Of a DNA stretch of 64,000 nt, positions 47,611 through 55,167 are shown piece after piece (position 1 is the stretch's first letter; the number at the start of each line of letters is the position of its first letter). Under the pieces are notes generated by a model. The model saw only the letters and a program-made list of their open reading frames with translations. It did no database searches and was not told the DNA's origin. The DNA comes from Bryobacterales bacterium. Its GTDB lineage: Bacteria > Acidobacteriota > Terriglobia > Bryobacterales > Bryobacteraceae. The stretch is taken from the NCBI GenBank assembly GCA_020847315.1, contig JADLCF010000223.1:11083-75082 (forward strand), written 5' to 3'. The translations under genes were made by a program, and so were the position numbers.

Positions 47611-49008
47611 ATGAAGCTCTGGGGTGGCCGTTTCGCCGCCGGACCCTCTGAATTGTTCGACCGCTTCTCGCGGTCACTCCACTTTGATCGCAAGTTGATC
47701 CAGGCCGATGTGCGCGGCTCCAAAGCCTTCGCCAACGCGCTCTTGCGGATGGGCATTCTCAATGACGACGAGCACCGCCACATCTTTGCCGCGCTGCAAC
47801 GCATTGAGGCGGAATCGCGCGAAGAGGCCTTTTACGCGGGAGCCACCGACGAAGACGTCCACACGCTGGTGATCCGCAAACTCCATGAGTACGCGGGCGC
47901 GGCTGCGGAGAAGATCCACACCGGGCGCAGCCGGAATGAGCAGGTTTCGCTCGATACCCGGCTCTGGCTGCGAGAGGAGATCGATGCTACGCGCCACCAG
48001 GTTGCAAGCCTGATCGAGGCGCTGCTGAATCTTGGGGAACGCTATCCGGATGCGGTGATCCCCGGCTTCACACATCTGCGGCGGGCGCAGGCCGTGCTTT
48101 GGCCGCACTATCTGCTCGCGTACGTGGACATGCTTGAGCGGGATTGGCAGCGGCTCACCGAAGCACGCGCGCGCGCGAACGTCATGCCGCTTGGCTCCGG
48201 CGCGCTTGCCGGAAGCGGGTTCCCCATTGACCGGGAACAGATCGCCCGCGAACTGGAGTTCGAGGCGACCACCACGAACAGCATGGATGTATCGGGAGAC
48301 CGCGATTTCGTCCTCGATTTTCTTTACGCCGCCAGCACCATCGCCCTGCACCTCTCCCGTATGGCCGAGGATTGGATTCTCTATTCAAGCGACGAGTTCG
48401 GCTGGCTGGAACTGAGTGACCCAGTGACGAGCGGCTCCAGCCTGATGCCGCAGAAGAAGAACCCCGATTCGCTCGAACTCATCCGAGGCAAAACGGGGCG
48501 AGTTTTCGGTAGCTTCTCCGCGCTCTATGTCCTGATGAAGGGCTTGCCGATGACGTACAACCGGGACATGCAGGAGGATAAAGAGCAATTGTTCGACGCG
48601 GCGGAGACCGTCCAGCTTTCGCTCGCCATGGCCACGGAAGTCGCGCGCGGCGCGACGCTACGCCCGTTGGTTTCGGAGGAAGCCGCAGCCGAAGGTTGGC
48701 TGGTGGCCACGGACTTGGCCGAAGCACTGGCGCGCGAAGGCTTCCCCTTCCATTCTGCTCATAAGCTGGTGGGCCGCCTCGTGCTGCACAGCGTGGAGAC
48801 CGGCAAGAAACCCGGCGATTGGACAGCCGAAAGTCTCGCCGCGTTTGCACCCGAGTTTCGCCCGGAGCACGCCGCGCTCCTCGACCCTCGCGAGGGGATG
48901 AAGACCCGGGAAGCGAAGGGCGGCACCGGACCCTCCGCAGTACGCGCGGCGCTTGCGAACGCCCGCGCGCGCCTCGCCGCGATGCGGGAACGCACGCCCA
49001 TTCACTAG
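47611..49008 (+). CDS. argH: argininosuccinate lyase
   Basis: 'MKLWGGRF' N-terminus and the 'GSSLMPQKKNPD' fumarate-lyase signature. Start at ATG 47611. Confidence 0.95.
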   Translation: MKLWGGRFAAGPSELFDRFSRSLHFDRKLIQADVRGSKAFANALLRMGILNDDEHRHIFAALQRIEAESREEAFYAGATDEDVHTLVIRKLHEYAGAAAEKIHTGRSRNEQVSLDTRLWLREEIDATRHQVASLIEALLNLGERYPDAVIPGFTHLRRAQAVLWPHYLLAYVDMLERDWQRLTEARARANVMPLGSGALAGSGFPIDREQIARELEFEATTTNSMDVSGDRDFVLDFLYAASTIALHLSRMAEDWILYSSDEFGWLELSDPVTSGSSLMPQKKNPDSLELIRGKTGRVFGSFSALYVLMKGLPMTYNRDMQEDKEQLFDAAETVQLSLAMATEVARGATLRPLVSEEAAAEGWLVATDLAEALAREGFPFHSAHKLVGRLVLHSVETGKKPGDWTAESLAAFAPEFRPEHAALLDPREGMKTREAKGGTGPSAVRAALANARARLAAMRERTPIH

Positions 49009-49025
49009 ACGTTGGAAACAATGCG

Positions 49026-49466
49026 ATGAAAGTCTTCCGGCAGGGGCAGATCCTCAAAGTCATCCAGAGCAAGCCTGTCTACACCCAGGAGGAGTTGGCG
49101 CGCGAACTCGCGGAACTTGGCATCCCCGCGACGCAAGTGACGCTTTCGCGCGACCTCCGCGAACTCGGCCTGGTGAAGACGAAGGACGGCTATGCGCAGT
49201 TCCAGGAGCTTCCGGAGAAGGCGGCTCACCTGGAATCCGCCGTGAACGGGTACTTGCTCGATATCCGCCCCGCCGGGAATCTGCTGGTGCTCAAGACCTC
49301 AGCCGCGCACGCGAACTCGCTGGCGATCGCGATTGACAATGCAGATCCGGAGGGCGTGGCGGGCACCATCGCCGGCGACGACACCGTCCTCGTGATTTGC
49401 ACGGATCTCGCCACCGCCGTTGCGTTCCACCGGCGATTGATGGAAATGCTTCAAGGCTCTGAGTAA
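49026..49466 (+). CDS. argR: arginine repressor
   Basis: 146 aa. wHTH 'TQEELARELAELGIPATQVTLSRDLRELGLVK' and the C-terminal oligomerisation block 'GTIAGDDTVLVI'. Confidence 0.9.
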   Translation: MKVFRQGQILKVIQSKPVYTQEELARELAELGIPATQVTLSRDLRELGLVKTKDGYAQFQELPEKAAHLESAVNGYLLDIRPAGNLLVLKTSAAHANSLAIAIDNADPEGVAGTIAGDDTVLVICTDLATAVAFHRRLMEMLQGSE

Positions 49467-49556
49467 GGCTCCACGCTTTCGGTTCGAACGGGAAAAATTC
49501 GCCCCGGTGGGCCGCGTTTCCCGCATCCGCGCCGTTTCGAGTGAATCCTTAGCTCT

Positions 49557-50018
49557 GTGTGGAACTTCTTTGGGCGCCCGCTTCCCGTGGGCAGCGCGGC
49601 GCCGGACTTCGAAGCACTGGACGAAACCGGGCGGCCCATTCGCCTTTCGAAGTTGCGTGGGCAGTCGGTGCTTCTTGTTTTCTATCCCGCGGACGGCACG
49701 CCGGTTTGCCGCAAGCAGCTTTGTGAAATCCGCGATTCCTGGAGCATGTTCGAAGCCTCGAACGTCCGCGTCTTCGGAGTGAATCCGGCCGGCGCGGAGA
49801 GCCACCGGCGCTTTGCCGCCGTGAACCGCTTCCCCTTCCCGATTCTGGTGGATAAGGGCCAACGGATCGCCAGACTTTATCGAGCGAATGGCCTGCTCGT
49901 GAAGCGCACCGTGGTTCTGATTGACGCCACGGGAACGATTGCCTTCGCTGAGCGCGGATCCCCCTCCCCCGCAAACGTCCTTCTCTCGCTTTCCCTTCGC
50001 GAGTCCATTCGCGATTGA
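49557..50018 (+). CDS. peroxiredoxin (AhpC/TSA-Bcp-like)
   Basis: 'VLLVFYPADGTPVCRKQLCEI' and 'FPILVDKG'. GTG start at 49557. Confidence 0.8.
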   Translation: MWNFFGRPLPVGSAAPDFEALDETGRPIRLSKLRGQSVLLVFYPADGTPVCRKQLCEIRDSWSMFEASNVRVFGVNPAGAESHRRFAAVNRFPFPILVDKGQRIARLYRANGLLVKRTVVLIDATGTIAFAERGSPSPANVLLSLSLRESIRD

Positions 50019-50084
50019 CCACGTTGTGATCTAATTGCCGTGGGAGGCTGCCGCGCGCGGCTCCCTACTTTCAGGCAGGGTTTC

Positions 50085-52352
50085 ATGCTCGCATTTCTAT
50101 TGCTCGCGTTGACCGTAAACGCTTCGTTTGAATCCGGCTCGCTCAAGAGTTCGGAGGTGAAGTCTCCCACGCATGTGGTGGCCACAATCCAGGGACAGGC
50201 GGATGCGGCGGGGCGGAACTACCAGCCAAGCTGGTTCTATTTCTCGATCGGCGGGCTCGAAGATCCTTCCGTCAAAGGGCGGGAGATCACCGTCGATCTG
50301 GCGGGCCTCGAGGGAGAGTACAATTTTCAGCCGCACGACGGCAGCGCGGATCGCAATGTGCACCCCGCTTATAGCTACGACAACCTGCACTGGCGCTACT
50401 TCGACAAGACGGAGTGGCTCGAGAAGCCTTCACGGATCCGGGTGAGGTTCAAACCGGAGAGCGATCAAATCTGGATCGCGCGGATTCCACCCTACACGTT
50501 GACGCAGCTCGATTCGCTGCTGCGCTCCATCGAAGGCCGTCGCTGGGTGACGGTGCGCGAGTTCGGCCGTAGCGTGCAAGGGCGTCCGCTGCAGCAGATC
50601 ACCATCACAGACCCCGGCATCCCAGCGGAGAAGAAGAAAACGATCTGGATCGTGGCGCGCCAGCACGCCTGGGAATCCGATACCTCGTGGGTCTTCGAAG
50701 GCGCGGCTCGCTTCCTCGCCGGCGTGGATCCTGCCGCGGCCGACCTCCGGCGGCGCTATGTCTTCCAGATGATGCCCACGCTCGACCCCGATGGCGTCGC
50801 GGCGGGCGGCGTGCGCTTCAACCGCAACGGCTACGATCTGAACCGCAACTGGGATGTGGCGGATTCACCCCAAATGCCCGAGATCGCCGCCACGCGGAAG
50901 GCAATCGAGGGCTGGATCGCGGAGGGGCATTCCATCGATTTTTTCCTGACGATTCACAACACGGAATCCGCGGACTTTCTCTCCGGGCCGGTGGGGGCGC
51001 CGGATTCCCATGCGAGAGAAGTCGGGGAACGGCTGAATGCGCTGCTGAAATCCGCGACGCAATTCAGCCCCACGGGCGGCATGCGGGATAGCGCCGCGGG
51101 CGAGAAGGCCCCCGGGCGCTTGACCGTGGATCGCTGGGTGTTCGAGAAGACGGGCGCGCCCAGTTTCTTGATGGAGTTGATGACAAACCCGAGCCCTGCT
51201 TTCGGACGCCCCGCTCTCACGAACGACCGGCTGAATTTTGGCGGGGCGCTCGCACGCCTGATCGATGAGGCCCTCACAAATGAGCCGGCAAGTTCAAGCC
51301 ACTACAGCACGCCCATGCGGGAACGCTTGAATGCCTATGAGGGGACGCTTGAGCGCTGGTTGCAGGACGACATCGTGAACGGCTATGCGGCCAGGCAAGC
51401 CAAGTTGTGGCATCGCGACTATTCGAGCGTGGAGGCGTACCTGAAGAGCGTCGAGCCTAACCGCGCACGCTACCGCGCGATGTTCGCAATCCCGGACGTG
51501 AAGCCGACCGGCGCGCCTCATCGCAGGGCCTTCACGCGCATTGCCGGTATCCGTGCGGAATGGGTAACTCTTCCGCTGAGCGGCGGGATCACCGCAGAAG
51601 GCCTGCTGGCGATGCCCGCGAACGCGAGCGGCAAAGTGCCGCTCATCATCGCACAGCACGGTATCGATAGCTATCCCGAACGGGTTTTCGGCCTGGAGGA
51701 TGAGAGCGGGGTCTACAAGGCTTACGGAAAGGCTCTGGTGGAGCAAGGCTTCGCCGTGCTGGCTCCGATGAATCTTTCCTCGATCGAGCGGCGGAACCGC
51801 GTGGAGCGCCTCGCGCGCCTGGACGGAACTTCCCTCGCGGGCATTGAGTTCGAGCGGATGAAGCTGCTGCTTGACGCCGTGCTCGAAGACCCGGCGATTG
51901 ACCGGGACCGGATCGGCTTTTGGGGCATCAGCCTTGGCGGCATGGCCGGCATGTATTGGACTCCTATCGAACCGCGAATCAAGGCCGCGATCATCACGGC
52001 GTGGTTCAACCACAGGCGCAACAAAATGGCCATCCCCGATGCGCGCTATTCCGTGTTTCTCGACACCAGCGAGGAGTATGTGTTTCTGCGCGGCTGGTTG
52101 ACAGAGTTCACCGATAGCGACGTGGCAAGCCTCATCTGCCCGCGCCCGTTGATGGTGCAGCACGGCAAGAAGGACGGGATTGCCTACTGGCCGCAGGTGG
52201 AAGAGGAGTTCAACGCCGCGCGATCTCATTACGAAAAGCTCGGCCTCGGCGACCGCGCGCAACTCGTAATGCACGAAGGCCGGCATGAGATTGAGCTACC
52301 GAGCGGACTCGCTTTCCTCAAGCGGTGGCTCGGTGCGCAGAACGCGAAGTGA
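50085..52352 (+). CDS. fusion protein: M14-family zinc carboxypeptidase-like domain + alpha/beta-hydrolase domain
   Basis: The N-terminal half has 'ARQHAWES' (H-x-x-E), 'GYDLNRNWD', 'FLTIHN' and 'FLMELM'. The C-terminal half has 'FWGISLGG' (G-x-S-x-G) and 'MVQHGKKDG', which are dienelactone-hydrolase/esterase-like. Signal-like 'MLAFLLLALTVNA'. Confidence 0.65.
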   Translation: MLAFLLLALTVNASFESGSLKSSEVKSPTHVVATIQGQADAAGRNYQPSWFYFSIGGLEDPSVKGREITVDLAGLEGEYNFQPHDGSADRNVHPAYSYDNLHWRYFDKTEWLEKPSRIRVRFKPESDQIWIARIPPYTLTQLDSLLRSIEGRRWVTVREFGRSVQGRPLQQITITDPGIPAEKKKTIWIVARQHAWESDTSWVFEGAARFLAGVDPAAADLRRRYVFQMMPTLDPDGVAAGGVRFNRNGYDLNRNWDVADSPQMPEIAATRKAIEGWIAEGHSIDFFLTIHNTESADFLSGPVGAPDSHAREVGERLNALLKSATQFSPTGGMRDSAAGEKAPGRLTVDRWVFEKTGAPSFLMELMTNPSPAFGRPALTNDRLNFGGALARLIDEALTNEPASSSHYSTPMRERLNAYEGTLERWLQDDIVNGYAARQAKLWHRDYSSVEAYLKSVEPNRARYRAMFAIPDVKPTGAPHRRAFTRIAGIRAEWVTLPLSGGITAEGLLAMPANASGKVPLIIAQHGIDSYPERVFGLEDESGVYKAYGKALVEQGFAVLAPMNLSSIERRNRVERLARLDGTSLAGIEFERMKLLLDAVLEDPAIDRDRIGFWGISLGGMAGMYWTPIEPRIKAAIITAWFNHRRNKMAIPDARYSVFLDTSEEYVFLRGWLTEFTDSDVASLICPRPLMVQHGKKDGIAYWPQVEEEFNAARSHYEKLGLGDRAQLVMHEGRHEIELPSGLAFLKRWLGAQNAK

Positions 52353-52548
52353 TTAGAAGCGAAACGGCGGGTGTACACACAGGGTAGCCCCTCGATTTGG
52401 CAGAAGAATAGCGTCCACGGGACTAGTGTAAAGTTTTTCACTCTTTTGTGTTGCAATCGTGGAAAATTGTCGTATCCTGCTTGAGGAGGGGTTCGGCGCC
52501 ACCGGTCGTTCGCTCTTCAATTTCAAGCATTCACTGGAGACTTACCCG

Positions 52549-53055
52549 ATGACGATTGGACAAGGAATGGCCCAGGAATTGGAGCATTCGGCGATTTCCG
52601 CGCGAAAAGTGCTGGAGCGGATTCCGGCGGACAAGTTCGATTGGACGCCGCACCCGAAATCAATGACCTTTCTCAAACTCGCCTCGCACGTCGCCGAGTC
52701 GCTCGGTTGGGCCAAGTACACCCTCGATTCGAGCGAACTGGACGTCGAACCCGTTGGCGGACCCAAGTTCGAGTCGTATGTTGCCGAGAGCGTTCCCGAA
52801 CTCCTCGAAACCTTCGACAAGAACCTGGCCGAATCCATTCAGGCTCTCAAGGACGTGAGCGACGCCACGTTGATGGAAGTTTGGACTATGAAAAAGGCAG
52901 GCGAGGTTATGTTCAGCTTCCCCAAGCTGATCATCATGCGCAGCTTCATCCTGGATCACTTGGTGCACCACCGGGCGCAACTGGGCCTTTATTTGCGGCT
53001 GAACGACATCTCCGTTCCTGCGATGCTGGGTCCGTCGGCGGACGAAGAGGGCTAA
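52549..53055 (+). CDS. DinB family protein
   Basis: 168 aa. 'LDHLVHHRAQL' and the four-helix-bundle spacing are typical of DinB/YfiT-like proteins. Confidence 0.7.
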   Translation: MTIGQGMAQELEHSAISARKVLERIPADKFDWTPHPKSMTFLKLASHVAESLGWAKYTLDSSELDVEPVGGPKFESYVAESVPELLETFDKNLAESIQALKDVSDATLMEVWTMKKAGEVMFSFPKLIIMRSFILDHLVHHRAQLGLYLRLNDISVPAMLGPSADEEG

Positions 53056-53220
53056 CCCGCGCCGCAGCCGCGATGCGGTTCAATGCCACCATCGCCGCAC
53101 TGTAAGGCAAGCGGCCGGCCGGCGGCATGCGGCCGGCCACTTCCTCACCCACCTCCAAGGCAGCCTTGCTCCGCGCCGCCGCTATTTGCAACTCTGGATG
53201 GCAGAAGGGGGACACTTCAC

Positions 53221-54273
53221 ATGGAGCGACGCGAGTTTGTGCAAGCCGGCCTCGGCGCGGCGGCGGGGATCGGCGCGGTGGCGGGAGATGCCATGGCGCA
53301 AGCCGGCGAAAGCGCATCCCTGCCGCTGTTGAAACCGGAGCGTTTGCGCCCCGGAATGACCATTGGCGTCGTTGCGCCGTCGAGCCCCGCCGACGAAGAC
53401 GAGTCCGTGCGCTACGGCCTCGACCTCGTCGAAAGCTTCGGCTTCAAGGCGAAGCCAGGGGAGAATTTGTTCGAGCGGACACAGTATCTGGCGGGCCCCG
53501 ATGCCGCTCGTGCCGCCGACCTGAACGCGATGTTCGCCGACCCGGATGTGGGTGCGATCATGGCCCTGGCGGGTGGCTATGGGGCTATGCGAATTCTCCC
53601 GCATCTCGATTACGATATCATCCGCGCCAACCCGAAAGCGCTCATCGGCTATAGCGACATCACAGCGCTCCATTGCGCCTTGCACCGCAAGTGCGGCCTC
53701 ATCACCTACCATGGCCAGACTGCGCTCAGCCGCTTTACCAGTTACAGCATAGGCGAATTCCAGAAAGTGCTCATGCAGCCTCGAGCCAATCTCAGGATCG
53801 GCGCGCCCCCGCCGTTCGATGCCGGGCCGGGCCGCGTGGAGCGGGAGAACCGGATCACTACCTTTCACCCCGGTGTTGCGCGCGGCCGCTTGACCGGGGG
53901 CAATCTCACGCTTGTTTCCTGCCTGATGGGCACGCCCTATGAACCGGACTTCACGAACCGCCTCGTCTTTCTGGAAGACGTCCACGAGAAGCCGTACCGG
54001 GTGGATCGCATGCTCACCCAGTTGCTTCTCTCCGGGAAGTTGGCCAAGGCAGCCGGGCTCATCTTTGGCAAGTTTACCGATGCCGAGGATACTGGTAACA
54101 CCTTCAGCCTGGAGCATGTGCTACGCGATGCCGCTTCCCGTCTGGCGATCCCGTGCGCACGCGGACTCATGATTGGCCATGTGGCGGATCAAACGGTGGT
54201 CCCGATTGGCGTGGAAGCGGAATTTGACGCAGGGAGCGGGCGGCTCACCCTGCTTGAATCGCCCATGCTATAG
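53221..54273 (+). CDS. S66 family LD-carboxypeptidase (LdcA/MccF-like) with RR-type signal
   Basis: 'IGVVAPSS', 'ALIGYSDITALH' (nucleophile Ser), 'LEDVHEKPYRVDRMLTQL' (Glu) and 'GLMIGHV' (His). N-terminus 'MERREFVQAGLGAAAGIGAVAGDAMA'. Confidence 0.85.
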   Translation: MERREFVQAGLGAAAGIGAVAGDAMAQAGESASLPLLKPERLRPGMTIGVVAPSSPADEDESVRYGLDLVESFGFKAKPGENLFERTQYLAGPDAARAADLNAMFADPDVGAIMALAGGYGAMRILPHLDYDIIRANPKALIGYSDITALHCALHRKCGLITYHGQTALSRFTSYSIGEFQKVLMQPRANLRIGAPPPFDAGPGRVERENRITTFHPGVARGRLTGGNLTLVSCLMGTPYEPDFTNRLVFLEDVHEKPYRVDRMLTQLLLSGKLAKAAGLIFGKFTDAEDTGNTFSLEHVLRDAASRLAIPCARGLMIGHVADQTVVPIGVEAEFDAGSGRLTLLESPML

Positions 54274-54293
54274 ATGCGGCGCGCCGGCCGGTA

Positions 54294-55085
54294 CTAATAC
54301 TGCACCGGGATCTCTTCAGGCGGTCCGCTCAGCGGAAAGCGATACGCGCATTCGATCCACAATCCCGGCACGGCCTGGTTGGCGTCGCCGAAAAGCACGA
54401 CGTTATCGCCCATTTCATCGGGAGAGCGATCCGAAGGGCGCACGGTTTGCGCCTGCAGGCCGTGCAGCCAGCCGCAATGCGCCACGGCCAGCCCCACGCC
54501 GCGGGCCACGGAACAATCCTGGCCATCGTTCAATTCGAGCCACATGGAGATCGGCCGGTTGCCTCCCTGCGTGAGAGCGGATTGCACGGCGGGCGCGGCA
54601 AAGATCTTATCGAGAAACTGCCTGCTGCCCGGGTTGTGCGGCGAGAGATCGCAGAGCGCCAGCACGTGCATCAAGCGGATCTTCACGACGAACTTCTGCG
54701 CGAACGAGAAGCTGGCCACCGGCATGTTGGTGGCGGTGTTCATCATCACGCCCGGCTGGTTGGCCGTGTAATGCATCAGTTCATTGACGAGCGCCGATTG
54801 CTGCCCCGCGCAATAGATCGCCCCGCGATTTCCGATTGTGGGTATTTTCGAGATGCCCGAGAAGCGATTGCTGTCCGTGCTTCCATCCCGCACCACCAAC
54901 GCCTGGTTTGCGGCGACGCGGGAGAAAATGCCGTTGGCGTTCAGCGTCATGTATTTCAGATCCGCGGCCCGGTAAAGCCACCGCTTCGGATCGATATGCT
55001 CCGTGGGCGCTTCCCGCCGCGCGAGCAGCTTCGCAGTCTCCTCATAAACCGCTTTTAAGACATGTGGCCGCTTCACGTTCGGCAT
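54294..55085 (-). CDS. RES domain-containing protein (no adjacent antitoxin gene)
   Basis: 'SNRFSG....GAIYCAGQQSALVNELMHY' supplies Arg and Glu, and 'VRPSDRSPDEMGDNVVLFGD' supplies Ser followed by N-x-V-L-F. The order and spacing match the R-E-S motif of RES toxins. GAGGGGAGGG lies 7 nt upstream of ATG 55085. Confidence 0.55.
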   Translation of the reverse strand: MPNVKRPHVLKAVYEETAKLLARREAPTEHIDPKRWLYRAADLKYMTLNANGIFSRVAANQALVVRDGSTDSNRFSGISKIPTIGNRGAIYCAGQQSALVNELMHYTANQPGVMMNTATNMPVASFSFAQKFVVKIRLMHVLALCDLSPHNPGSRQFLDKIFAAPAVQSALTQGGNRPISMWLELNDGQDCSVARGVGLAVAHCGWLHGLQAQTVRPSDRSPDEMGDNVVLFGDANQAVPGLWIECAYRFPLSGPPEEIPVQY

Positions 55086-55167
55086 AGGCGCACCCTCCCC
55101 TCAACAATCCGAAGCGAGAAACGTCAGGCCGTTGGAGCATTGGCCGCGTTCGAGTTAGTCTCATAGA

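Noticed and set aside
52451-52478. TTGCAA-16-TATCCT promoter-like string upstream of the DinB-family gene
   Set aside because: It is plausible, but it is a single weak match with sub-optimal spacing and -10 element, so I do not report it as a feature.
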